From a virus (Duplodnaviria > Caudoviricetes): 34,540 nt of DNA. The notes below the pieces were generated by a model, which saw nothing but the letters and a program-made list of their open reading frames with translations, was not told the DNA's origin and made no database searches. Position numbers and translations under genes: made by a program. Below, piece by piece: positions 26,961-34,540 of this stretch; within the stretch, counting starts at the first letter, position 1, and every line of letters starts with the position of its first letter. Location: the IMG/VR virus record IMGVR_UViG_3300033067_001012, positions 1 to 34,540 of that record; one strand, 5' to 3'.

Positions 26961-27128
26961 ATGGACGAAGAGACATTAATGCGAATTGAGGCTGACTGGG
27001 TTCGAGACGGCCAAAAGCTATATGACCAAGATGCGATTGAGCTAATCAGGCTTGCTAAGATTGGCGCGCTTCTTCTAGCGCCTGCCGAGCACGAGACATC
27101 ACAAGATCCACGCTGCGGAGCTATTTAG
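26961..27128 (+). CDS. 55-aa hypothetical protein (MDEETLMRIEADW...)
   Basis: GGGGGTGG RBS; fills the gap up to the convergent gene; not in the ORF track. Confidence 0.5.
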   Translation: MDEETLMRIEADWVRDGQKLYDQDAIELIRLAKIGALLLAPAEHETSQDPRCGAI

Positions 27129-27331
27129 TGCGTCGGGTCTGGTTGTTCTAAGCTTGCGGCGTCTTCAACCGCTTCTCTAACCTGTGGGAGTTTCTCCCAA
27201 ATTTCATTTCTTTTGTCGTCGTTTGGTTCGTCAAGTAGCTCACACATGAGCATGTACATAATCTCTAAACACCGCTCGCGCTCGGACAGTCCCGGTCTAA
27301 ACTTCAGCGTGATAAACTTTTCCTTGTTCAC
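27125..27331 (-). CDS. Hypothetical protein
   Basis: End of the tightly packed minus-strand small-gene array. Confidence 0.55.
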   Translation of the reverse strand: MNKEKFITLKFRPGLSERERCLEIMYMLMCELLDEPNDDKRNEIWEKLPQVREAVEDAASLEQPDPTH

Positions 27332-27334
27332 ACT

Positions 27335-27583
27335 TTAAATTGTAGCACAGACCTCATTGTAAATGCGGCGAAGTCTTCTCAGTAGTCGCGGCGACAAACA
27401 AAACTCAGTTTCAAATATGCTTTGAATGCGCTCGAACTCCTCTCGACTTGGGTGTGTTGCGTCCATCTCTTGGTCAATTGCGTTTATCGCTCTTGATATT
27501 TGCTCCTTACGGTCGATCTCTTTATTAAAATTGCACCCATACTCTCTCACGCAGATCCCCTCTTCCTCATGCATCCGCTGCAC
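27335..27583 (-). CDS. Hypothetical protein (start may be GTG 27550)
   Basis: Operon packing. Confidence 0.55.
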   Translation of the reverse strand: MQRMHEEEGICVREYGCNFNKEIDRKEQISRAINAIDQEMDATHPSREEFERIQSIFETEFCLSPRLLRRLRRIYNEVCATI

Positions 27584-27750
27584 ACCGAGCCCTGACCTTT
27601 AATGAACGGCATCCCGCAGTCCTTGCACGTCTTCTTTGAGCACGCATGACAAGTCGGTAGTTTATTCGTGTGCGGCTTCCCACATTTAGTGCATCGCCCT
27701 GCCTCGCCGCTTGAGAACCTTCTTTTGTAGCTGTATGAAATTTCGGTCAC
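27547..27750 (-). CDS. Zinc-finger protein (four CxxC)
   Basis: CTKC, CHAC, CKDC, CSGC. Confidence 0.7.
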   Translation of the reverse strand: MTEISYSYKRRFSSGEAGRCTKCGKPHTNKLPTCHACSKKTCKDCGMPFIKGQGSVCSGCMRKRGSA

Positions 27751-27938
27751 TTTTTATACTCCATCCACGCCTCAAATTCGCAAGCCATGCGGTAGGTTGG
27801 AATTACATACCCCCAACGCGTGTGCAAAGAGCAGTCGCCATTAAAGTTTGAGTTAGAGGCTGTACATACTCCGGCAATGGTTGAGATTAGACACAATAAA
27901 AAAACTAAATGGCACATGAAACATAAAAAATCCTTCAC
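27747..27938 (-). CDS. Small membrane-anchored protein
   Basis: GTGA-coupled start; N-terminal hydrophobic segment. Confidence 0.55.
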   Translation of the reverse strand: MKDFLCFMCHLVFLLCLISTIAGVCTASNSNFNGDCSLHTRWGYVIPTYRMACEFEAWMEYKK

Positions 27939-28159
27939 TTCCAAATCTCCTTCTTTTTCTCGGTGAGCCAACGACATGTGTTCTCGGGGCAGTAGTTACT
28001 CAAAACACGCTTGCCTTCGGTTGTTATAAGCATCTCCACCGCACGGTCGAATCCGCGCTGTTCGGCTGATGTAATGGCCTCATTATTGATGTGCTGAATT
28101 AAAAAGTCTTTCCGGCCTTGGCTTCTACAACAGTGGCAGTGGCATGTGTTTAGTGTCAT
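27935..28159 (-). CDS. Hypothetical protein with CxCxxC
   Basis: Coupled at both ends. Confidence 0.6.
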   Translation of the reverse strand: MTLNTCHCHCCRSQGRKDFLIQHINNEAITSAEQRGFDRAVEMLITTEGKRVLSNYCPENTCRWLTEKKKEIWK

Positions 28160-28692
28160 TCCACGCCCTCACCATTATTTTCATCCATTTCGCGTAAAAT
28201 TTTACGGGCGCGTAAGCCGCATTTATGACGAAACCCGAAATAACTGTCATCATCAATTTTCTCAATGTCTGTTTTGGCGCTTTCTGTAATTAATCTGTCG
28301 ATTGCCCAATTTTCCTCATTCCCATAAAACTCCAAGCACTCCCTCATCCTCCGCATCGTCTCAAGAATTCGGCCTATGGTTTCGGGATTTGCGGCTGCGA
28401 TGTAAGCGGCATCACGCGCATAAATAAATCTTTCTCCATTCGGGTACAGTCTTTTGTCGTCGGGCTTATAGCTATCTGGGCCATGGAGCAAAGACCAATT
28501 TTCATTATCGTGTCCAGCACAAGAACAGTTTTTTTCTCCAGTTGTACAATTTTCAGTCACTATGTACGTTGGATTGGTGCAATTTTTGTAGTCGCAGTAG
28601 TAACGAGAAAAAGAATGATGCCACTTCCCCGGCGTCGCCAACTTGCGCTTCTCTTCCAGAGCATCTAATTCTTTTTGTGTGATGAGTTTCAT
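28156..28692 (-). CDS. Ead/Ea22-like protein
   Basis: ATPGKW...DAAYIAAANP; ATGA start at 28692. Confidence 0.7.
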   Translation of the reverse strand: MKLITQKELDALEEKRKLATPGKWHHSFSRYYCDYKNCTNPTYIVTENCTTGEKNCSCAGHDNENWSLLHGPDSYKPDDKRLYPNGERFIYARDAAYIAAANPETIGRILETMRRMRECLEFYGNEENWAIDRLITESAKTDIEKIDDDSYFGFRHKCGLRARKILREMDENNGEGVE

Positions 28693-28910
28693 ACACTCGG
28701 TCTCCAAAACCGATCCCACAAAGATCGCTTAGATAATTTCCAGTCCGATTGACACTCCCAACAAGGATGTAAAATTCCGGTGCTGGTGTCTTGAACCGCA
28801 CTTTTTGTTTTACATACAGCACAAAGATAGTTGTGATCCATAATCATAAACTCACGTTTGAAAACAAACTCTGCTTTCTCTATCGGAGTATCCCATGTAA
28901 CTTCTTTCAC
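28689..28910 (-). CDS. Zinc-ribbon protein
   Basis: CAVC...PCWEC. Confidence 0.6.
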   Translation of the reverse strand: MKEVTWDTPIEKAEFVFKREFMIMDHNYLCAVCKTKSAVQDTSTGILHPCWECQSDWKLSKRSLWDRFWRPSV

Positions 28911-29167
28911 TTCTCCTCCTCCATCGCCGCTTTGAAATCAGGCTCGTAGAAAGCGAAATCATGCCAAGCTCTGTTCAGTCGGAACTCGCCACTGATAATG
29001 TGCTCGCCTTCCTTTAAGCAAAATCTGTCGCGTTGGATTTGATTACTTTCAAGCTCGGCTTCGCAAAGCTCCACAGCTTTCGCATGCCATTCCTTCATCG
29101 CTTTTTTCAGTAATCGAATGCGTGCTTTTAATTCGAGCACTTCAGTTTCACAGCTACAGTAACTCAC
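28907..29167 (-). CDS. Hypothetical coiled-coil protein
   Basis: GTGA-coupled with a GGAG RBS. Confidence 0.6.
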   Translation of the reverse strand: MSYCSCETEVLELKARIRLLKKAMKEWHAKAVELCEAELESNQIQRDRFCLKEGEHIISGEFRLNRAWHDFAFYEPDFKAAMEEEK

Positions 29168-29478
29168 TGTTTCTCCTCATTCATCGCCGCATCGATGGCA
29201 TCTCTGGGGGTCTTACTGTAATTCCAATAATTGCTGCTCTCCGATTCAAGACAGAATCCTTTCCCAAATGGAACGACTCTAATCTCTCTTTCAATCATCC
29301 AATCCAACCGCATAGTGTCGGGGTGGGGTTCGGATTGAACGAGATCAAATTCCTCGCATTTTTCGCATGACCAACGAAGCTTAATTCCGTGAATGCAATG
29401 CTCTTGGTTTGTTTCTCCATAATGGAATTTTTGAACAAACCTATTGTTCTCATTTGCAATATCGATCATAGCTTTCAT
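29164..29478 (-). CDS. Hypothetical modular phage protein
   Basis: C.HG......C..C module plus D..RLDW...PRDAIDAAM module. Confidence 0.7.
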   Translation of the reverse strand: MKAMIDIANENNRFVQKFHYGETNQEHCIHGIKLRWSCEKCEEFDLVQSEPHPDTMRLDWMIEREIRVVPFGKGFCLESESSNYWNYSKTPRDAIDAAMNEEKQ

Positions 29479-30074
29479 CCCATCTCCTTCCGAAACTCCG
29501 CGAGCCGGGTGAGTGCAGAATGTGCTGTATACGCCGCTGAGCCTTCTCCCTTTTCGAAAACTTCGGCTTGATCTCCGTCTTTAATGTTGTGTCCTAAATC
29601 GCCGCCGACAATAATGTCGTGCCAGGCTTTTTTGTCCGCATAAAAACTAAGCGCCGTCTCCATCTCCCCCAGCATAGACTCGTATGCGGTGAGCTTGGAT
29701 TCAAGTTTATCCGCTCGGTGATTTTGATCACAGATTGCTTCCCATTCGGCTGAATGGTCTTCAATACACTGCTTCAACTCCGCGACTTCCTCATCGCGTG
29801 ATGAGTGGCCTGCTTTGAAAGCATCCCGATATCTCCTGAGTGTCGAGATCATGGTGAGGATGGTGGCGGGGTTTGCGGCGGCGATGAATTCGGCGTCTGC
29901 AATCGCTTCTTCATTTATTTCTTTATAAAGGTGCATTGGCCCATGTGCCATGATTGTAGCTCGCACTCCGTCTGGCCATTCAATCCGGCCAGTCCAAATA
30001 CTTTCCGACCATCGCCCAGGAGTCGCCGCCTTCGCCAAGTCCTCAAGCTTGTTTATTTCTTCGGGAGTCAACAT
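29475..30074 (-). CDS. Ead/Ea22-like protein
   Basis: AATPGRW...DAEFIAAANPATIL; coiled coil; ALSFYAD...W. GGAG before ATG 30074. Confidence 0.75.
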   Translation of the reverse strand: MLTPEEINKLEDLAKAATPGRWSESIWTGRIEWPDGVRATIMAHGPMHLYKEINEEAIADAEFIAAANPATILTMISTLRRYRDAFKAGHSSRDEEVAELKQCIEDHSAEWEAICDQNHRADKLESKLTAYESMLGEMETALSFYADKKAWHDIIVGGDLGHNIKDGDQAEVFEKGEGSAAYTAHSALTRLAEFRKEMG

Positions 30075-30301
30075 ATCGCTACTCCTAGAGGGTCTTGTGG
30101 TGACCATCCTGGAGCTGATCGCTTCAATGGGTCATAAGTCGGGGTAACGGGCTTTTGACTAAGATCCCCAGTGGTAAACACATAACCAAGATGCTTCTCG
30201 ATCATCTCAAGCGTCTCTTTACTGGCTCCATCGCGATGATCAATAGTTTTATTAATTTCAAACCATCCCTGTAACCAGTAACAAAAATCTCTGCTATTCA
30301 T
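30068..30301 (-). CDS. Conserved-looking small phage protein (F.YWLQG.FE motif)
   Basis: Strong AGGAG RBS; motif recognised from other phages. Confidence 0.7.
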   Translation of the reverse strand: MNSRDFCYWLQGWFEINKTIDHRDGASKETLEMIEKHLGYVFTTGDLSQKPVTPTYDPLKRSAPGWSPQDPLGVAIC

Positions 30302-30319
30302 CTCTTCTCCTCTCTAAAT

Positions 30320-30538
30320 CCCGCCGCCACACTGAACCAAAATTATTTTTGAATGCAGCGGCGGGCTCCCACAACGATGGGAAAATTTGGCCGATCCGAG
30401 GTGTTCAATCCCGAATGTCACAGTCATCGGCTCTACTGACCGCCCAGATAATTTCGGTCTGCAACTACTGGGCCTTGCAGATACGTCTTGGGATAACGCT
30501 CACCAAGCGGCGCTATAGATCGATCTTTCGACCGAAAC
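30320..30538 (-). ncRNA. Structured non-coding segment (multi-stem element, tRNA-like remnant, two-hairpin element)
   Basis: Several nested stems whose G-U wobbles work on the minus strand; no credible ORF. Confidence 0.4.
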
Positions 30539-30712
30539 TTAAAGATTACCCGTCAACTTCGCCACCACAAGAGATGCGATGAACGACACTCCTGTAATTA
30601 CTCCCATGACTCCTTGGCTCTGAAATGGGATTACATTAAACCCCTGCAAGAAGAACATGATCGAGACTGGGCCGATACAGATCAATAGTGCTGCGATTAA
30701 ACCTTTATTCAT
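30539..30712 (-). CDS. 57-aa two-TM protein (MNKGLIAALLICIG...)
   Basis: AAGGA RBS; two hydrophobic segments; not in the ORF track. Confidence 0.6.
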   Translation of the reverse strand: MNKGLIAALLICIGPVSIMFFLQGFNVIPFQSQGVMGVITGVSFIASLVVAKLTGNL

Positions 30713-30714
30713 AT

Positions 30715-31110
30715 TTAGTTCCTTTTAAGCATCCGATAAAATCCCTCGAACGCGATGCCAAATACGACACGAAGGATGACGAAATCAATAATCGTCGAGT
30801 AGTGAATTTGATAAGTGACGATGAGTGTGAAGACGCAAGCAAGAAACACGAATTGCGCAAGATGCCAGCCATCGGTGAGGAAGGCGAAGATCGTAGAAGA
30901 GCCGGGGAATGCTTCGCCTTCGATGATGTATTCTTCAATTCCTGTGGATGGGTCAACGACACCTGATGGCGACCATTTCCATTTTCTTGAAGACCCAAGA
31001 TTCTTAATCCAATAGTTTCTAGGCGAGAATTGCAGATCACCCTCAGAGCTTCTGTCCATCACAGCCTTAGAAAATGCCGCAACAACCAGTAATAAAATTG
31101 AAATAATCAT
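30715..31110 (-). CDS. Membrane protein with a TDGWH motif
   Basis: Three hydrophobic segments; FPGSST.F..LTDGWH. Confidence 0.7.
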   Translation of the reverse strand: MIISILLLVVAAFSKAVMDRSSEGDLQFSPRNYWIKNLGSSRKWKWSPSGVVDPSTGIEEYIIEGEAFPGSSTIFAFLTDGWHLAQFVFLACVFTLIVTYQIHYSTIIDFVILRVVFGIAFEGFYRMLKRN

Positions 31111-31138
31111 TTTGTGAGTACCAATTCGTCAAGCCACT

Positions 31139-31264
31139 TCATGCGTGTGCCTGCCCATACTTATAAGCGAACACCGCAAGTGCGATGTAAGCCCAGTGAA
31201 TCATCATCGGCACTCCCTTGCTTCCAAGGAAGTATCCGATGATCAGTAAAAACCCCTTATTCAT
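31139..31264 (-). CDS. 41-aa membrane peptide (MNKGFLLIIGYFLG...)
   Basis: ATGA-coupled with a GGAGG RBS. Confidence 0.5.
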   Translation of the reverse strand: MNKGFLLIIGYFLGSKGVPMMIHWAYIALAVFAYKYGQAHA

Positions 31265-31563
31265 ACACCCTCCAGAGTCTTTTGGATCTTCTCCAGTAAG
31301 TTCGTAGTGATCTTCGTGATCCGCTCTCTCAGCGCACCTTTCAGAAAAAAGTGGTCAACTAAGAAGATAGCGCCAAGCGTGTACAAGGTGCCCTTGTGTT
31401 CCTCGATATATTTTTTTAATGAATTCATAAGTCCTTTCGTTTTTGTTTTGTTGTTTGTTGGTTGAAAATTCTCGGCTGTTGGAAAATATCCCGCCTGTAG
31501 GTCTTGTAACCCGCGTTGACGGCCCAAGAGACCGTAGTGATCCTGTTGCTGTTGTTGTGACAT
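31261..31563 (-). CDS. Hypothetical protein with one hydrophobic segment (alternative start MNSLKK at 31428)
   Basis: AAGGA precedes the internal ATG; stop coupled to the next gene. Confidence 0.55.
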   Translation of the reverse strand: MSQQQQQDHYGLLGRQRGLQDLQAGYFPTAENFQPTNNKTKTKGLMNSLKKYIEEHKGTLYTLGAIFLVDHFFLKGALRERITKITTNLLEKIQKTLEGV

Positions 31564-31762
31564 TTTGTGCGTAACTCCTCTCTGTGTTTCTAAATTGTTG
31601 TTTTGCGTCCTGCCGCATGATCTGTTCGTGATGTATGCTTAGTTGATAATTAAGTCCTTCGTGATCCATTTGACGAGCGCTTGTCGCAGCGCTTGCGTTT
31701 GGAATAGAACCGCGTTGGATCGATTCGTTTTCTAATATCTGAAATAATCCATTTATGTTCAC
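31355..31762 (-). CDS. Hypothetical protein overlapping the downstream gene
   Basis: Fills the gap, but has a long out-of-frame overlap. Confidence 0.35.
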   Translation of the reverse strand: MNINGLFQILENESIQRGSIPNASAATSARQMDHEGLNYQLSIHHEQIMRQDAKQQFRNTERSYAQNVTTTATGSLRSLGPSTRVTRPTGGIFSNSREFSTNKQQNKNERTYEFIKKIYRGTQGHLVHAWRYLLS

Positions 31763-31886
31763 CGTTTACCATCCTTTACGAATCACCGCAGGTTTAAATT
31801 GCTTTCGTTTTCCCCGCCCAGCGAACAAATTTTCCATACCAGACAAATTGCCGAGCGGGGCTATCCAGCGACATGCTGGAAAATTG

Positions 31887-32447
31887 TTAATTAAGCCCAA
31901 GCTTCATACAAATGTCATAGGCGATCTGTCCCATGACGTATGGAACGGACGTGCTCTTATCGCCGTAGTGGTGATACCCGGTGCCGTGTGCTGACTCGTG
32001 CATGATTGAGTCTGCCGTGTCTGCAACACTTCCGAAATAGTATCTGTTCAAGTACACAAAATCGTCCGACGAGTTATCAAGGGCAACGGTGTGGAACCTG
32101 TGGTTCTGCATCCAGGTGCCATTAAATATTTTCACGCTCACGTTGAATGTTTTTTTCGTGAAGTCGTCAAATATCTCTTGGTTTGACTTGCCGTCGGTCT
32201 CGGTGAACTTTGCAGCCATCACGGCGTCTTTGAAAAATGAGCTGTCGCGAATTACATTCAGCGCATCAATCGCTTTAAGTACAACGGCTTTCTCATCATG
32301 TGTTGCATCGACAATTTCGGCTCCATAGAACCCAGGAGCGCCGATAGACTCCAGCACCGTTGGAACTACAACGCAGTCAGTGCATTCGCTAGTAGTTGGG
32401 GTCTTTTTAAACAATCCTAAGAACCATCTTTTTATTAATCTAATCAT
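31887..32447 (-). CDS. Zincin-like metallopeptidase
   Basis: HESAHGTGYHH (HExxH..G..H) followed by SVPY..G; AGGAG RBS. Confidence 0.7.
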   Translation of the reverse strand: MIRLIKRWFLGLFKKTPTTSECTDCVVVPTVLESIGAPGFYGAEIVDATHDEKAVVLKAIDALNVIRDSSFFKDAVMAAKFTETDGKSNQEIFDDFTKKTFNVSVKIFNGTWMQNHRFHTVALDNSSDDFVYLNRYYFGSVADTADSIMHESAHGTGYHHYGDKSTSVPYVMGQIAYDICMKLGLN

Positions 32448-32457
32448 TCACTATCTC

Positions 32458-32667
32458 CTAAATTTCGCATTGGCACTGTCCTGTTCTTGGGTCAAAATAA
32501 ATTGCTCTATAGGGCTTGCACTCGTCTACGCATCGCTCTCGGCTCGTCTCTACGCTTCTCAACTGCCGCTCCTCTTCCTCAATCTTGTCGAGCCTAACTT
32601 CTTCTTTGAAGTGTCTGACAATTGGAGAGCACCCCGTTATCATTAAAATTAAGATCACATTTCTCAT
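32458..32667 (-). CDS. Small lipoprotein with Cys-rich C-terminus
   Basis: MRNVILILMITG-C lipobox; GGAGG RBS; ATGA overlap. Confidence 0.65.
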   Translation of the reverse strand: MRNVILILMITGCSPIVRHFKEEVRLDKIEEEERQLRSVETSRERCVDECKPYRAIYFDPRTGQCQCEI

Positions 32668-32783
32668 GTAAACATCCTCCCAATTAACCATAGTCCAATC
32701 ACAGTCACTCCAACGCCAAAACAGACAGTGAAGAAATCAACCGCATCATTTAGAAACGATCCCCATGTATGAGTCCAGATCAT
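32664..32783 (-). CDS. 39-aa single-TM peptide
   Basis: ATGA-coupled at both ends. Confidence 0.5.
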   Translation of the reverse strand: MIWTHTWGSFLNDAVDFFTVCFGVGVTVIGLWLIGRMFT

Positions 32784-32996
32784 TTTAAAGCTCGCTCTTT
32801 AACTGCGTCATCGCCAAGCCTAATGCACAGTCCATAGTGACTTGTGAAAATTACATTTATCGCGCGTCCATAAATAAGCCATGCTTCTTGCCGGTCATAT
32901 CCCTTTAGTCTCTTGTTTACTGCTTTTCCAAAATCGTTCCTAATTCCACAGATAAGATCCGAAGACTCTTGAATAGTTTTTAATTTTTTTACTCAT
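32780..32996 (-). pseudogene. About 71-aa gene interrupted by one extra A in a poly-A run
   Basis: ATGA overlaps at both ends, but the length is 217 nt (3n+1); A7 and A5 runs follow the start codon. Confidence 0.55.
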
Positions 32997-33106
32997 TTGT
33001 TTTTCTTCCTTCTCTTCGCTTGCTTCGCGTTCTTCTTTTTGTTCTTAGGCCTTGTTTGTAAAACTTCCATGTCGATGATGACTGGACTTGGTTTTGCTTT
33101 GGTCAT
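32993..33106 (-). CDS. 37-aa Lys/Arg-rich peptide
   Basis: MTKAKPSPVIIDMEVLQTRPKNKKKNAKQAKRRKKNK; GGAGG RBS; ATGA-coupled. Confidence 0.55.
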   Translation of the reverse strand: MTKAKPSPVIIDMEVLQTRPKNKKKNAKQAKRRKKNK

Positions 33107-33525
33107 GCGACCCCCTCCTCTACCATCCGGTCTCTTACTTGCTCCCATGAGCTAGCGAACATGGCGATTCCACCGTGAGCTTGAACCATCTCGGCGTGTT
33201 CAATCTGTTTTCTAAACCGTTGATATTTTTTGTTTTGACCGATATAGGCCTTCATTCTATCCCAATGCTTCAGGATAAATGCGAGCTCGTCCGGTCGTTT
33301 CATTTCAATTTCCATGTGTCTGCCGCCTTGGCTCTTAATGACCCCAACAATATCCAAAGCAAGCCCTCTAAGATGGCTTTGGCGATTTGTTGGGTGTGGA
33401 AACTCGTCATTCTTCCAAACAAAAACGCCCCGAGATCTAAGTGTAAATAGATAGTTGAATGTCTGCGCCTCATACACAGACTCTTTAATCTCTCGGGGCT
33501 TCTTGATTAAACGCCTGAAGCTCAT
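33103..33525 (-). CDS. VRR-NUC-like PD-(D/E)XK nuclease (candidate resolvase)
   Basis: KES..E, G..DIVG, G....IEMK, Q.........GG.A motifs. Confidence 0.75.
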   Translation of the reverse strand: MSFRRLIKKPREIKESVYEAQTFNYLFTLRSRGVFVWKNDEFPHPTNRQSHLRGLALDIVGVIKSQGGRHMEIEMKRPDELAFILKHWDRMKAYIGQNKKYQRFRKQIEHAEMVQAHGGIAMFASSWEQVRDRMVEEGVA

Positions 33526-33836
33526 CAGTCGATGACCTTTCTGCTCTCTTCAAGAAAGTGGTCGTATTCCGACTTGATCTCAACATAGTAATCGCCCGGA
33601 GGTACGTCGCCCTTGCCGTGTTCAGCGTGGTCAATAACGGCTTTACGTTTCACCTTAAGGTAGCGCTTACCTGCAAGCTCGCCGCTCATCACATCTCCCG
33701 ATTTGAATGCGTGGGTGTTATTGTTGCCTTGATGTAAAATCACCGTTTTTTTGAGTTTTGCTTCCTTTGGGATTTTAAACCCTTTGAAAGTTTTGATCAT
33801 TACATCGCCATGACGTCTTAGTTCTACCGTTGCCAT
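33525..33836 (-). CDS. Small partner protein of the DUF6745-like gene
   Basis: RHGDV...H...H.EH....PPGDY.V....EYD; start re-placed to ATG 33836. Confidence 0.7.
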   Translation of the reverse strand: MATVELRRHGDVMIKTFKGFKIPKEAKLKKTVILHQGNNNTHAFKSGDVMSGELAGKRYLKVKRKAVIDHAEHGKGDVPPGDYYVEIKSEYDHFLEESRKVID

Positions 33837-34480
33837 ACTACCTTTACTCCTTCCATTTTTTGTTCGTTGTGCTGATAAGCCCATGCCTCAGCTACAGTTT
33901 TTGTATTTGGCATTGCTCCCTCAACGTGTGTTTTCCCAGTTGACGGGCAAGTCATTTTTAAGAATGGGCGCACGCGACCGTCACCGATGTCAAACGTGAT
34001 CAATTCGTAATCGTCGAGCTTATCGATTGTTTTGTAATCAAGAACTTTGACCAGGTTGTCACTACCAACCTTCAGCATGATTTGCGCTCTAATGTCGGCG
34101 TTTGTTTCTTTCATGATTACTTCTTTGGTGAAGTCTTCGGCCTTGGTTTCGACAAAGTATTTTGGAACCTTGATGCCGTTCGAATAAAAAAGCGCATAAC
34201 CGTCTTCATAGACCATTGCGGGCTTGTCTAGTGCATGAAGTTGGCCACGTTCGTTGAGGTTCAGCTCCTCGGGATAGTCACTGATAAACACCATGTCTTT
34301 GAACGGAATGAACACGTTAATGTGCTGAACCGCTTCACAGTATTTAACGAATGATTTGTACTCTTTAATTTTTTCTTCAAAAAGTTCATTCAAAACGAAG
34401 TCGTAAAACCCAACCCAATAAGTCCATGTGTTGCCCCAAAACATATATTCGTATTCAAGTTTGAGGTTGCTCCAGAGGTT
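33824..34480 (-). CDS. 3' part of DUF6745-like protein
   Basis: W..FYDF, GQLHALDKPAMVYEDGY, NADIR and CPSTG...VAEAWA motifs typical of this phage family. Confidence 0.8.
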   Translation of the reverse strand, partial: NLWSNLKLEYEYMFWGNTWTYWVGFYDFVLNELFEEKIKEYKSFVKYCEAVQHINVFIPFKDMVFISDYPEELNLNERGQLHALDKPAMVYEDGYALFYSNGIKVPKYFVETKAEDFTKEVIMKETNADIRAQIMLKVGSDNLVKVLDYKTIDKLDDYELITFDIGDGRVRPFLKMTCPSTGKTHVEGAMPNTKTVAEAWAYQHNEQKMEGVKVVWQR

Positions 34481-34540
34481 GTTCTCGAGGTTGCTCCTGA
34501 GGTTGCTCCTGAGGTTGCTCCCGAGGTTGCTCCAGAGGTT
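34463..34540. repeat. Continuation of the 12-bp tandem repeat; includes the 60-bp terminal overlap (34481-34540 = 1-60)
   Basis: Base-by-base comparison of the two ends. Confidence 0.95.

Noticed and set aside
30539-31264. Two MNKG-starting membrane peptides as additional prepilins
   Set aside because: They have KG followed by hydrophobic residues but lack S/T+2 and E+5; probably coincidental.
34481-34540. Biological direct terminal repeat of the virion DNA
   Set aside because: It falls mid-gene inside a tandem repeat and is best explained as assembler overlap of a circular contig.

Overview
The window looks like one complete, circularly assembled temperate podophage genome of about 34,480 bp: the last 60 nt repeat the first 60 nt, and a DUF6745-like gene reads in frame across the junction. 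Almost all genes are on the minus strand. The head/tail module is P22-like (TerS, TerL, portal, scaffold, coat, gp4, gp10, needle-like protein, tandem GNAT, three ejection proteins, tail fibre). It is followed by a lysis cassette (holin candidate, overlapping spanins, DUF5675 endolysin candidate) and a metallophosphoesterase. Control and replication functions include two divergent RHH-like regulators, RecE-like/ERF recombination genes, a tyrosine integrase with a tRNA-Val(GAC)-derived attP, an ori-containing replication initiator and many small accessory genes. The most notable observations are: (1) an independently promoted secreted moron whose mature N-terminus (QIDTSIYKNV) matches the N-terminus of the phage's own ejection protein (SIDTSIYNNI), a candidate decoy-type superinfection-exclusion system; (2) an unannotated 57-aa lysis-cassette protein with a full type IV prepilin motif; (3) attP placed between integrase and the replication gene, so integration would cut replication off from its upstream promoters; (4) an early gene fusing a cytoplasmic domain to an internally signalled lipoprotein beta-propeller hydrolase; (5) recurrent two-hairpin RNA elements. 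All family assignments come from recognising motifs by eye, not from database searches.
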